A stretch of DNA of 54,560 nt, filler included, from Bipalium vagum (Eukaryota), in the NCBI GenBank assembly GCA_037834085.1. It is 3 parts of 3 records of this genome, joined end to end, with 100 filler letters (N's around TTAATTAATTAA, not from the genome) between each part and the next. Parts side by side here need not be neighbours in the genome. Positions count along the whole stretch, not along the records: positions 17,901 to 36,759 come from JBBMKC010017335.1; positions 36,860 to 54,560 come from JBBMKC010054881.1; 1 more part is not named here. One strand, written 5' to 3'. The notes beneath the pieces are model-generated. The model saw nothing but the letters and a program-made list of their open reading frames with translations, had not been told where the DNA came from and did not search any database. This document shows, piece after piece, positions 26,056-39,639 of this stretch (position 1 is the stretch's first letter; each line of letters begins with the position of its first letter). A program made the position numbers and the translations under genes.

Positions 26056-26187
26056 NNNNNNNNNNNNNNNNNNNNNNNNNNNNNNNNNNNNNNNNNNNNN
26101 NNNNNNNNNNNNNNNNNNNNNNNNNNNNNNNNNNNNNNNNNNNNNNNNNNNNNNNNNNNNNNNNNNNNNNNNNNNNNNNNNNNNNNN
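26056..26187. other. Assembly gap
   Basis: Run of N. Confidence 1.
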
Positions 26188-27406
26188 TGAAAATGTTTTC
26201 GAAAAATGGTTTACAAATAAAAATTTCAGATATATTTTTACTGCCCCTTGTAATTTATATTAAACGATTAATATATTTCTAACTAAGTAACATTTATAAA
26301 AATTTTGTATGTATTCGTACATCTAGACAGCAGCATTTCCTTAATAAAATAGTGAAGTAGACATGGAATGTGTAAAGGTATTCACTTTTCTTTCTATGAT
26401 TTCTTTTATCATTGTAAAGACAAACAGACAATCAGAAGGAGAATCCATAGTCATTTTAAACACAAAAGAACAACGAAAACAATCAATGAATATTCAGAGT
26501 GATCCAGTGTAATTATTCACTATAATTATCTCCATAAGATAATAAATATTATATATAACTTGCATGATGGAACCCCTATTAATAGTTTTTTTAATTTATA
26601 ATTGTCTTTCATAAGAAAAAAGAATTTAATATTTCAGAAAATATTGGACAATTTTTCTAATTGATACTTTTTGATCGGTTATATTGATGATAACTTCATT
26701 AAAGGACAATGTGAAATAAAAATATTCTTAAATGATAAATTAAAACTATTTTTAAATTATTAATTTTACTGTGCAAGTTATAATCAAAAATTTTAAAATT
26801 ATTAATTAAATATTATAATATTAATAAATGCCACTATATTAAAATATAAATATAATTTTTAAATTAAAAATTTCCAAGATCTGGTTACCTTTCCCATAAA
26901 TACGACTGAAATATCATTAAATATAAAATTATAAAAATATTTTCCTCTGAAATAATAAATGAAGTGTCAGGTTACAAAACTGCCTATACATTTCAATGTA
27001 TGAAATGAAGTATTAATTTCCATTGTGAAAATGCGAAAGCCCGAGAGAATAGTATTAGGGAAACCTCAGAAGATCGGGAAGTCTTGATTTTCAATAAACA
27101 TAAAAATTGTAATTTAAAACAATATCTGTTTTTATTTGAAAAAGTCACAGAACTTCAGAAACTTTAGTGAAAAAAACTGTTCAAATATTTTTTACAATAA
27201 TCATTAGACCTATTTTAAGTTGGATTTTTAGAAGAATTTGAAGAGCCTCTACAAAAATTAAAAAAATTGTCATAATGTTTTATGTACATAATCGAGAACA
27301 ATATTTATTAATGTTTTGATTTTATTGATTGATTTCGATAGACTGTCCAGGAATTAATGTCGTTTATTAAATTATGTCTTTTGTTTAAATTTATTAATTT
27401 TATTAA

Positions 27407-27655
27407 TTTGGGCGCACAACTTTAAAATGAACAATAATTAATAATAAATTAATTATCTTGATAATTAATATAATATCATTGGGATACACATTTCAACAAA
27501 GTGCCATGAGCTCACTAGACAGTAGAAAATGGTTTAAAGGTAGTTTAAAAGTTGAGAATTGAAAGCCAAGCCGACTGAAGAAGGAACTCAGTTTGAATGC
27601 ATTGAACATTTTTGATGAATCAGATTCGTTGAGAACACCTCAAAATATTATTGAG
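27407..27655 (+). mobile_element. Highly decayed mariner 5' fragment
   Basis: TIR-like TTGGGCGCACAACT. RKWFKGSLKVEN*KPSR resembles KWF.RFK.GDF.VED..R.GRP. Confidence 0.45.
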
Positions 27656-27659
27656 AAAA

Positions 27660-28350
27660 GGTAACGGTAATTTATAGACATAATAGCGGGAAACTTAATT
27701 GAAAAAAAAGTGTTTTTATTTAAAAATTGAATCGTAATTGACCTCAGAATCCATATTAATTCTAGATAACTTTTGTTATTGTAATTGTTTTACATTCTTA
27801 TTTGATAAAACGAATAAATTTAAGAGATGAATAACCAAAGTTTCAAAATGTCGTTTTTGGAAAGGGTATTTTCACATAAAATTGAAAGGATTCCAATATT
27901 TGATACGATTGTTAAGAAGAATTTGTGGATTGGTAGACATTTAAAAATCAGTGGAAATTTGGTGGAGTGAAACGTAATTCACGGAAAATTATTTTATGTT
28001 CATGTTAAAGAAAACCCTGGAAAAAAATTATTCTGATGTATATTATCGGTCATATTTATCCTGGGAGTATCACTCATTCCGATCTCTGGACTTCATATTG
28101 TGGCATTTCACATTTACCAGAATGACAATGGCCATGAAACTGTTAATCACAGTGAACATTTAGTAAATTTAATAACCTTTGTATGAACTCATACCATTTA
28201 TTAATTGTGACAGGAGTTGAAGAACAATAATAGAGAGCGAGATGGTACTCATCGACTACATCTTTATTCATAAATTTACGAATTTATGTTGAAGTAACAA
28301 GTCCAAACACAACGTTTCGAAACATTTCGTTGATCATATGTCTGGCATTT
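27660..28350 (+). mobile_element. Merlin (IS1016/IS1595-related) DNA transposon remnant
   Basis: QWKFGGVKR..YPGSITHSDLWTSYCGISHL..HETVNHSEHLV..V*THTI matches the PGS.I.SD.W..Y / H.TVNHS..FV / TN.IE Merlin motifs. A GGTAAC terminus-like sequence lies at 27660. Confidence 0.8.
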
Positions 28351-30599
28351 ATACATTGTAAACATTTTTTATCAAAAAAAACTTTAAAAAGTACTTTTTT
28401 CGGGGATATTCTTTATGAGTGCCGACGTTCACTGTTAAATAAGAATTTATGTTGTACATTATTATTTTATAATAAAATCAAGACAATGATATGACTGAGA
28501 TTCTTCCACCCTTTCCAAAACATGACAAAGCTTTCTGCCAATTGACCAGTTCTGTACTGAACTTATGAATAAAAAAAGGTTTCCTGGAAACGATTCAGGC
28601 ATGTAAAAGAAATCAAATTTTCGACTGGAAGAAAAAGTAGATTGAAGATAAATTGCAAAAGAAATGAGTTTTAGAGAAAAATGTTGTTATAATTGCGTGA
28701 AAATGAAAAATATATTGGAAAAAAAGAATTTCCGGTTGAAACATTCATGTATAATTAATATTTAATATTAATGACTTGTTAAAATCAATGACAAGAAGTC
28801 GTTAAAACTTCAGAAAGTCTTCTCAACATTCAAGGAAGCCCATTGAAATCCGTTGTAGCTTCAATAAATAAATTATTCACAAAACCACCATTATGGAAAC
28901 TAATTCAAGAGTTCAATAATTATCGAAGCGAAAATCTCATTCAGACTGTTTTATTATATCTTCAACAGTTTGAGTGGCAGAAACGCAGAGTATCCGGGAT
29001 TATTCCTCACAGGAATATTGGCATAAAGTGTTTGGGATCTTCACTTGTTGGACTGAGGGCCACATAAGTCACAGGTGTCGATCTATAATGATCTAACCAG
29101 ATGTCAATGAGATTTATCGATTTTCCAAACATTCATTTTTCAACTATTTCTGAATTTTATATCATAATCAATTTTTTACTTTATTATCAGATTAAATATT
29201 AATTTAGAAATAATTTCTTTTAATTTACAACTTTTTTAATAAAATGGAATCCTTTCTGTAAATTGCTATTAGAATTGGTAATGGCTTTAATGTATGTGAA
29301 AATAATGTTAAATTTATTTATTTTATATTTTAATTTTGAATAGTATTATATTTTAATTGAATTATAAACCAAATGAATTAATTTCTCAATGTTATCAGAA
29401 ATTGAGGGTTACTTACAAAAATAAATATATATACTTCCAGAAAAAATAATTTTGTAGTAATAAAATAATTGAAAATAAATGAAAATAAAAATAAAAGAAA
29501 TAAAAATAAACTAAATAAAAAAAATAAAAAAAAGATAAATATAAAATAACAATATAAAAATATTGATAATAATAATATTATTAATAATGATTTTTACAAA
29601 AATTTCAGTGAACAATTTTCTAGCTTACTTTAAAGAGAAAAAACAAAAAGAAAAAAAACAAAGAACAGTTCATTTGAAAAGATGATTACCGAATTAATAA
29701 AATAACTCATTAATGATCATTTAATATTTATATTTTAAAATAAAACAAGGAAAAATATTATTTTATAAATTATAATTTTCAGTTCCTTATTATCGGAAAA
29801 TCACAATCTTTGTAATTTAATACAATAAAATTCATTACAATCCGTCATAAATTAATTTTTTGATAATAAGTTTATTTAAAAATTATATTACTTATAAAAT
29901 TTAACAGTACTATAATTAATGTTAAGAATTAAAAATCAGTAACTATTATTTTTGATGATATCAGGAACAGAAATGAGAAATAAAGACTTTACCAAATATA
30001 TTAAGAAAATAACACCTTTAAAAATTAAATTAATAAAATTAAACAAAATTTTTATTAAAAAATAAAAATTATTATTTATATTTTTCAGCTTGACAATTAA
30101 ATCTAAATATAATTTTGTTTTTCTTTGTTCTAAATACAATATTATTTTTTGAAAAAAGAAGAAAATAATACAAATGGAAACTTTCTTTCATTAAATTTTA
30201 CTTAATAAAAAATCACTTGTATAAAAAAAGTTATTTCAATTAAACCAAATTATCAACTGACGATTGCCAAATAATACTTTTAACGATTAAAACAAAAGTT
30301 ATTTTATTGCTAATAAAAAAAAAATTTTCCCAATATATTGTTTTATAGAATTCAAAATGAAGATTTTTTATTGAGGAAAAAATAATTTCCGTTGAAAAAA
30401 TTCCTGATAAAACGTTCGAGAAAATTTATCGACTTGTTACAAACAAACAAACAAAAAAATATTTCATTATTTTTCAATAAATATAATAATATATTTTCTA
30501 AATCATAATTCTAATTAAATAGAAAGAAATACTAATTAAAAAACATTTTTCTCTTTTTTTAAAATCAACAAGATTTCGTCAATTAGAGAATTCTTAGAA

Positions 30600-31230
30600 G
30601 TAGAGGCAGGCGATGGGGAAAAATATTTATCAATTTATATGTTTTATGTGAAAGAGGGGCGAGATAGTTTGAGAGCAACCTGGAATGAAGATTAATGACT
30701 GCGTTGATAGCGGTTAATCCAATTTGAGGAATCGTTCGACAGTGACCATTTCCATCCCCAGTATGAGTGGATGGTTAATAATGAGATTTATCAAACACTA
30801 AATCTGATATTGTCTGTTCTCAGCTCTCTCCACGTAGCCTCTAGAAGCAAACAGTCAACACATGATAGCTAATCCCATAGTATATCGTAGATGCAGAGCT
30901 TCCTCCCCGGGGAAATGTGTCATCAAATCGCCGGCAGCTACTACACAATAACATGCTTTCGAATATTCTATCTCCAGCAGTGATAGTCAAATAGAATTAG
31001 ACTTGGTCTTGACGGCCTGCCATCCCCCCGTGTGTGAGCGACTATATTTTAGTGTTTCATTCTGGATAAGTACGATTCAAGTGCCACTTCATCCACCACC
31101 AGCGACCCCTCCGGTTCTGTCGCTTGTTTTATGGATGGAAAACTTATTGAACTAATGAGAATCGGTATATTGCATCAAATTTAATTGTAGCCATCAATTT
31201 AACCATAGCCATTTTGTCGATTATTTAATA
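30600..31230. promoter_or_regulatory. GC-richer non-coding island (enhancer/promoter-like)
   Basis: No long ORF or TE motif. Contains the COE/EBF-type palindrome TCCCCGGGGA (30904-30913), TAATCC sites and YY1-type GCCATTTT near 31210. Confidence 0.4.
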
Positions 31231-32897
31231 AAACAAAAAATAAATTGACGATAATTACTGTAGTATTTACCATATACATATCATATTTGTTGTTGTTGGT
31301 TCAAATTATGAATTTGATGTATTTACTTTTAACAATTAATTAATTATTATTATTTTTCAATTATTGATTATTTCTGTCAGTTGAAAAAGCTCCGTAATTT
31401 CTCGTGTTAAATTTCCCCGTATTTTTTTTGTGTTTAATTGTATAAAAAAGCGAGATATATCGATAAAAACAAAATCACTTAAACTTTTGCCACAGGCGAG
31501 TGTGGTGGGATTAGCTATACTTTTTCCCTGTTGTACGTACGAAGCAGCTCGTCGTCATTTTCACGAATTAATTATTTTAATGGTAAATATATTTTAATTT
31601 TTTTTTATTATAAAAAAACTTTCTTTCAGATTAGTTTTAACGATAAATTTAACACTAATTAAAATTTAATATTAATAATTAGAAAATATATAAAAATTCA
31701 TTTCGTTAAATTTATTCATTTTCATTAATTAATTGATTATTTCTTCAATTCGGTATGGAAGAATAAAATTGAATTTTTATTAATTGGTTAAAATAAATAA
31801 AAGGTTAAAATAAAGTTTAATAAAATAATTATTTTATATAAAATAAATAAAATATTTTTTAAAATAAATATTAATAAATTAATATTTTTTTAAAATTAAT
31901 CATAAAAATAATATTTTTAATTAATCCTAAAAAAATATTTTTTTTAAAATTAATTTTAATAAAATAATTTATTTAATTAATTATATTAAAAACTTTAAAA
32001 AAAAAATTTAAAATCAATAATTTTAAACAAAATAAAATTATAATGTAGATAAAAAGTTTGTATAAAATATAAAGTATAATTAAGTATCAACAATTTTTTA
32101 ATGATGGATTAAAAATTATTTAAATAATTAATATTGAAAGTTTTAATTAACGCCATTAATCTGGATAATATTTAATTAAATTGATAATGATTAAAATTTA
32201 TGATAATATTAACAATAATATAAAAAATAGAATATTTAACAATTTAAAATTTATTTAAGTATTTCTTTTCCCACCCTGCGAGATTGTCAAATGAATTGAC
32301 AATGGAAAGCGAGGGAGCATCTCACAAAATAATGATATCTTCTCCTCTATTAAGACTTCAACTGATAAAAAATGATAATAAATTCCAAATTCTCATTAGT
32401 AGAAATGATAGAATTTCCTAAACTTATTATTTATATTATTAATATAATTTCCATTAGAAATATAAAATTCGGAATTCATTCAGTCATATTTTTTATTAAG
32501 CCAGTTATATTTTCTTAATTTAAAATTTCTGTCAAAAAAGAATTAATCATAAAATAAGAAAATGGAAAGCTATGCAAATAATAATTAAATAATTTTTATT
32601 TCTCTCACAAATATTGACATTGAATCCTTATAAAATTTCTTTGCCACAGGTCATAAAGTAATGGGTTGATTTATGGCAAGATTATGGGATTATTCGTGAA
32701 TAGATTACTTTTGAATATCCTCTACGGAACGGAGATAATGAAATTTCACTGTATAACTTAGACTTCACTTTAATTAATTATTAAGATCTTAAGGATACAA
32801 TTTAAATGTAAGTTTATATTGACAAAATATAAATATAACGAAGCTGATGTTTTTATATTATATTTTTGTTAAATAAACTATTAAAATAATATTTTTC

Positions 32898-33030
32898 NNN
32901 NNNNNNNNNNNNNNNNNNNNNNNNNNNNNNNNNNNNNNNNNNNNNNNNNNNNNNNNNNNNNNNNNNNNNNNNNNNNNNNNNNNNNNNNNNNNNNNNNNNN
33001 NNNNNNNNNNNNNNNNNNNNNNNNNNNNNN
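32898..33030. other. Assembly gap
   Basis: Run of N. Confidence 1.
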
Positions 33031-33729
33031 AATTAATTTACTAAGAATTCCTGGTTCATATTTTATGCAAAAATTACAGGAAGAGAAATAATGTTGAAAT
33101 GACATTGTAGAGCTTGTTGAGATTGTTTATAATAGGACGAGGATTACAACGGAATTTGAGAAAAGGAGGAAACATTGAAATAATTTTTTTAAAAAAATCG
33201 ATTTTTAAGTGAATTCTGAGTACACAGGCATCAGTGATTTTTGTAAGAGTTCCGGCAATAAAATGAGGTTACCATTAACGAAGGCTTTCAAGAATCGTAT
33301 GTTTGATTTGCCTGCTTCAACAGGAAGCCAAAAATTTGAATGATGCCTTTAAGTGCTCAGCATTTTAATTATCTTATTCCGTTTGATGGAAAGTATGGGA
33401 AAATCAATGGATTTTTGAGTATGCTGAAAGGATAATTAAAACAATGTTACGCTTTTAAATGTTGACTGATTTTCCAATTCGGTAAAATGAGAAGTAAGTA
33501 GTTCTGAAAGTACTTAGGTATTAAATTTTACCATAAACCAAATACTTGAGTGAAGACGGATGAAATCTAATTTTATTTCCATTGTAAAACTACTCAAATC
33601 AATTATTTATGGTAAAGATGAATTTTTAATAAAAATCGAACAGAAAATATAAAATTTAATTTTTTATATGATATAAAAATAATGAAAAAATAAATAAAAC
33701 TTTATTGGCTTAATAATATTCCTCTAAAA

Positions 33730-34978
33730 TTTAGTTTAAAATTTAATGTCGATTTTAATAAACCTCATTTATTTACGTTACTTTGACATAACCTTTCTAT
33801 TGATTTGAAAATGATATATAATATGATATATAAATGATATATAATATCATTTTCAGGAGTTCGATTTTCACTTAATTCCGTTAAGTGTTTCTTCAAAATT
33901 TAATTAGTTCATGTGGCTATTAATTATATAGGGTAATATGGAAAATAAGCAGTTATGTATCATTTTCTTATACGAGTTTAAAATTGTTCAAAAATCAGCG
34001 GAAGTAAGTCGCAGTGTTAACAGAGCATTGGGTGAGCGAGCGTCTAACGAATGTATGGTACAATAATGGTTCAAAAAACTTCACGGTGGAAATGACACAC
34101 TCCAAGATGAGGAACGCTGTGGACGAGTGAGGCCATTAAAATGACCAATTAATTCCTTTGGTTCAATCGAATCCACATACAAAAGTACGATAATTCTAGG
34201 AGATTAAGGTGTTAAAATTGAAACAATTTTCAACCACCTTGCACAATTTCAAAAATTAAAAAAGCTCGACAAAAGGATTTTACATTAGATAAAAGTAACT
34301 CAGAAATTCGTCGGTTCTCTCATTTTGCTAAACAATAGTGATCCTTTCCTAGACCGGATAGTGACGTGCGGTGTAACGCGAATGGTTGGACTGTAATCAG
34401 GTTTCACTATATGTTGCAAACCAAAAATTAAACCAAAATTAGATGATCGTAGCTGCTTAATGATCTACATCTGGTATCATTCATCACAGTTTCTTGAATC
34501 TTGACAAAACTATTACAACAGACATATACTATCATCAAATTGACGAAATGAAATTAAAACTTAGAGAGGATCATCCTGTATTAGTCAATAGAAAATGACC
34601 TAATTCACTTCACGACAAGGTATGACTGCAGGTGAAACAAGTGACACTAAAAAAAACAATTCAGCTGTGGTCCGAAAATCCTGTCATATTACGGATACTC
34701 GTGAATCTTTCACTCTCTGACTACCATCTTAAATATCTGTTAAACTTATTAAGGGATAACTAGAAACCACAAATATATCAGAAAGGGCTTTATTGATTTC
34801 ATTGCTTTCAGGCCCCTTGAATTTTACGTTACTAGTAATAGATAATTTTTAATCTTGTTGGTCAGAATGTATTAAATGGATTGACTTTTACTTTAATTTT
34901 TATAAATTTTTTTTAATTGAAATATTTGCATTAAAATTTTAAGATCAAAAACCGGTATTATCTTAAAACAAACTAATA
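33730..34978 (+). mobile_element. Near full-length decayed cecropia-subfamily mariner
   Basis: ATG at 33938 gives MENKQLCIIFLYEFK..NECMVQ*WFKK..LQDEERCGR, then DPFLDRIVTC, GIIHHSFL and LVNRK*PNSLHD. The 3' TIR is degenerate. Confidence 0.9.
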
Positions 34979-35129
34979 TTAAATATTAGCATTAATTCTC
35001 CGTGTTTGTTTTAAATAACTAATTTATTAAATATTTAGTTATAATTTAAATCAATTGGTAAAATTAGTTGAGTATTAATATTTAAATGTTAAAATAATGG
35101 TGTATTACCTACTTGAGTTATACAGCAAA

Positions 35130-36080
35130 TGAAAACCGATCTATTTACTAAGACCAGTTTCATTTCAAAACAGCAAATATTCCAAAATATACAACTTCAA
35201 GGTCAACTAAACCACTTTTTAGATGAAGATTTGGTGAAGAATCTGTTGAAGAAAGATTTATCCTAAACAATTGAAACAATATCAGAAGTCATTAATGTAA
35301 ATAAATATATCATAAGCACATTGTTAAAAGCCATTGGATACAACAGAAAGTCGGAAAATGATTACCTCATCAATTATAAGAAGTAAATATCGGAAAACGA
35401 TTAGACATTGTCCGACGCTGTGCAGTAGATAAAGTAAAAAGTCATTTTATATCTCATTGTCAATTGTGATAAAAATGGACTTTTTATTAAAATCCGAAAC
35501 GAAAAAAATCATAGATGAAATATGGTCAATCCGGAAAATCAACACCAAAACGAGACCTGTATGGATACAAGGTGATGTTAGTTTTTTGGAATCAAGGGAG
35601 AATTATTTATTTGAGCTGCTAAGCAAACGTGACAACGTTTATGGCCACGTTATCAACAAAAATTAATGAGATCGAGAAAAACATTACACAAAAAACGGCC
35701 AGTGTTGTTGCCGGATGATAATGCTTGACCCAACCCTTCGATTTTAGTGAAGAGTACGATAGCAGAATTTGGATTTGAAGTTTTACCTTACCATACATCA
35801 CACTAAGTAATCACCACCTTTTCCGCTCAAAGCTCCTTGGCCTTTCTGAATGGCACTTCAACAATTATTATGATGTCATAAAATGGCCTGACTACTGAGT
35901 AAATTCCAAGGAGGAAAATAATTTTTATCGTTGATTTCATTATTTGTCAGAAATGTGACAAAATATTGTTGTCAATGATGGGCGCTATTTTGAATGAAAT
36001 GTCATGTAAAAATACATCTATATGGACTTCTAATAAAATTTCTTCTTATTATTAAAAAGCAGCAACTACCTCATAATATG
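35130..36080 (+). mobile_element. Decayed mariner
   Basis: KAIGYNRK..LPHQL, then FELL, DNA*P, EVLPY, HHLFRS and LSEM*QNIVVNDGRYFE*. Confidence 0.85.
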
Positions 36081-36687
36081 ATAAATTAATTTAATAATTC
36101 ATTATAACAGAAACGAAGTGACTATGGTCAATAAAAATGTGTAAAGAGTTTCTGAAAAAACAAAATAAAGTATTATTTTTATAATAATTATTATTATGAT
36201 AAGAGAACCGTTACTATGAAAAAAAAATCAGTAACATTCAGCTTCATAATTAAATAACTTTGGTTTAAATAAAGATTTCATTTGAAGAAATGGAATTATT
36301 TGTGTTTAGTATTAAAACAAAATAATATCTCAGAGTTTGAAGTCTATGCTAACAATTAAATCAATATCACTTTGAATCGGCAAATGTAATGAAAGGATTT
36401 CTTGCAAGCATTTATTTATGGGGAAATATTATTGCAACGGGCTGCTCCCATGTTTATTCAGTCTTCAGTAGTGGATTACAAAAGTCCTTCCGCTTATGAA
36501 TGTTTTACAAATATCAATAAGGATGTCTAAACCGCGGATTGTATTTATCAATGCATATCAAACGGATGCTGATTGTCAACCATTATTATTTGCATTTTAT
36601 AATCTTTTCCTTCTCGACAAAATATCATTTCATTGTTTCATTTAATATTACTTTACCCAATTTCCTGTTATCATTCATGCTGTTTTC

Positions 36688-36688
<1 letters not shown>

Positions 36689-36759
<71 letters not shown>
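36689..36759. repeat. (ATT)n microsatellite running into an artificial join
   Basis: More than 20 perfect ATT units. Confidence 0.97.
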
Positions 36760-36859
36760 NNNNNNNNNNNNNNNNNNNNNNNNNNNNNNNNNNNNNNNNN
36801 NNNTTAATTAATTAANNNNNNNNNNNNNNNNNNNNNNNNNNNNNNNNNNNNNNNNNNNN
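36760..36859. other. Artificial assembly join (N44-TTAATTAATTAA-N44)
   Basis: Same 100-nt construct as 17801-17900. Confidence 0.97.
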
Positions 36860-37140
36860 TATGTTGTATTATATTATATTACATTATATTATATTATATT
36901 ATATTATATTATATTATGTTGTATTATATTATATTATATTATATTGTATTATATTATGTTNNNNNNNNNNNNNNNNNNNNNNNNNNNNNNNNNNNNNNNN
37001 NNNNNNNNNNNNNNNNNNNNNNNNNNNNNNNNNNNNNNNNNNNNNNNNNNNNNNNNNNNNNNNNNNNNNNNNNNNNNNNNNNNNNNNNNNNNNNNNNNNN
37101 NNNNNNNNNNNNNNNNNNNNNNNNNNNNNNNTATTATATT
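36860..37140. repeat. (TATTA)n pentanucleotide repeat spanning an N gap (36961-37131)
   Basis: TATTA/TGTTA/TATTG units on both sides of the gap. Confidence 0.9.
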
Positions 37141-37534
37141 TATGTACAAAATTTTAGTATAATGAGGAAATGTTGATTTGTACTATTCGTGAATCAATAA
37201 TAATCAATTAATCTTTGTGAGTTTTGATAATTCTACAATTCTGTACCTGTTTGAATGCTCCACTTTACTGAACTGGATAAATAATTGTGGTGTAGTAATC
37301 GTTCAACTCTATTCAGTTTCTTGTTCGATTCATTGCTTTCACTTTGTTTTAAATTTTGGTGATAATAACAATTTTTATAAACCAATTCAGTGTTTATAAA
37401 TTTTGATATTTCAATTTAAATTCATAACCCTTCAAATTTGAAATTTACTAATACATAAATCGTTCTGATAAAACAGTTTAGGTTAAGGTACCCATCTCTC
37501 TTACATCCAGCCACATTATAATAAAACTTAAAAT

Positions 37535-38498
37535 TTAAATATTCTTATGTAATTGTATTTCCGTGAATGATTTTGTCGGTTTCGCGGAGTGACAGATTCT
37601 CAACTTTAATGTGACAGATACACCTCGTTCTGGAAGAATAATATTAGATAAGGACGTCGAAATCCAGAAAAATAATCGAATAAAAATCATCATATATGCA
37701 GTTATGACATTGTAGAATCTCTTGGTATTTGTCAACAAGCTGTATTAAAACATTCGGAAAAGTTCGGATATATAAAGAAGCTCGATATTTGGATACCACA
37801 ACTTATCAGAAAAAAGGTTAAGTAACCTTTTTTCCGTCTGTGAAAATGTATTGAATCGTCATGAAATGGAACCATTTCTTAAACGGTTGATAACCGGTGA
37901 TAAAAAATAGATAAGATATGACAATAATGTGATGAAAAGATCCTGTTCATAAAGCGGTGAAACTCCAAAATCGACTACAAACCCAAGGTTAGATCCTAGA
38001 AAGTTAATGATGTCCGAATGGCGGGATTGGAAAGGAATTGTGCATGATAAGATCCTAGAACCTGACCAAACAATTGATTTCGCATCCTATTGTGAACAAT
38101 CAATCGATTCAAAAAAAGCAGCCAGAATTAGTCAACGAAAAAGGCGTTGGGTGCCATCAGGATAAAGAACGAGCATATACATCTCTCGAGAGAACTTAAT
38201 TGGGAAGTAATGATGCACCCACCCTATAGTCCCGACTTGGCATCATTGGACTACCATTTGTTCCTCTCTATAAGAACTTTCTTAATAGAGCTACATTGAC
38301 CTCAGGAGAAGACTGGGAAATTTTCATTGCGTAGTTTTTCAATCAGAAATCTCCGAAATTTTACAGTGATGGTATATTTAAAGAAAGATTATAGAAAAAG
38401 AAGGAATATATCTGCTTTAATAAAGTTTATTTGTTATGTGAAAAAACGTTGTTTGTTTTTATTTAAAAAACGACAAAAACATTTTAGGTCACCCAATA
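37535..38498 (+). mobile_element. Decayed mellifera-subfamily mariner
   Basis: KKLDIWIP, EPFLKRLITGDKK*IRYDN, DWKGIVH and ELNWEVMMHPPYSPDLASLDYHLFLS. The 3' TIR ends ..GGTCACCCAATA. Confidence 0.93.
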
Positions 38499-39639
38499 TA
38501 TTTTACTGAATGAAAGATTAATACAGACTTTAAAATGAAAACCTTTCATATTTTGAGATAATGTAGGATCACAGTGGTTTGAGATTTTCATGTGAAAAAG
38601 GTTTTTGTCTTCTTAAGATTGCAAATCTATTCCATGATTTTGGTCACTCATTATCTACTAATATTCAAAGTAGAATAAGAAAATAAATAGTCTAATTTAA
38701 AACAAAAATATTATTATTTTCAGAAAACTTTATCTAAAAATTTCATCGAACCCAATTAGAAATTTATTTCAGATATTAAAAATAGCGAAGATTTTATTAT
38801 TTTGGAAAGAAAATTATAAAATAAAAATATTTCTATTATTATTTTAGTATTTATGCCAAAATGAATATCACGCTATACACAAAAATATGCTAGATCTGAT
38901 CCAAAGATATAATGATTAATATTTTTCAAATCGAGATAGTAAATGCAAGAAAAGAATTAGCAAATCTTTTTGATTTATTCTCTGAAAAGATAAAATGTGC
39001 ATAAAGCTCAGAAAATAAATTATGAGAAAATAGATTAATGGCGAAAACTTTCGTTCATAAATCCTGAAGATTGTGTCGTGGAAAAATGGGAGATATTTCT
39101 TCCTGGAAACTAATTAAAGCATAAAAAACAATATTTATTAAAATGTGGTAGTGAATGACTATAACGATATTGATTTCGTTATTTCTCCCAGGACATAATT
39201 CAGGCATTAGTTTCTTAATTTTTTCTTGAAGCCAAATAAAATAATCATTCGCTTTTTATCAAGAATGAATTGGAATAATATGGTAAAAGGAAAAAAAACA
39301 GAGTCTTCCAATCTGAATATATGTGGAGGACTAAAGAAAAATAATTTTCTATTATTTGTCATTAAAACAAAAGTTCACTTTGCTAATGTTTCAGACAAAC
39401 TGTGGATTTGTTTGAATAGAATGTTAGCTCGTCAAAAAATGAGAAAAAAGGCAATTTTCATTATAATTTTATAATTTAATTAGTGAGTTTAATTGGGTTA
39501 GAAAATTTTCAATTTTCGTTTGCTCTATTTTCCTGTAATTATCATTCACTAATTAAACAGAAAACAACTAGTTAATTTTCAAGCAATTCTGATTGTAGTG
39601 AAATATATTTTCAAACAGATCTCGTTCAGTGAACCTAGG

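Noticed and set aside
26364-26385. miR-1-like TGGAATGTG..
   Set aside because: Seed match only, with no pre-miRNA hairpin in the correct register.
30763-30873. Short ORF MSGWLIMRFYQTLNLILSVLSSLHVAS.. with a signal-peptide look
   Set aside because: Only 36 aa, with no convincing splice donor or cleavage sites.
32674-32696. miR-31-like TGGCAAGATTATGG
   Set aside because: There is no downstream 3p arm, and the overlapping Pbx-Hox motif explains the sequence better.
36539-37176. Poly-I/L/Y and X-containing ORFs
   Set aside because: They are translations of microsatellites and N gaps.
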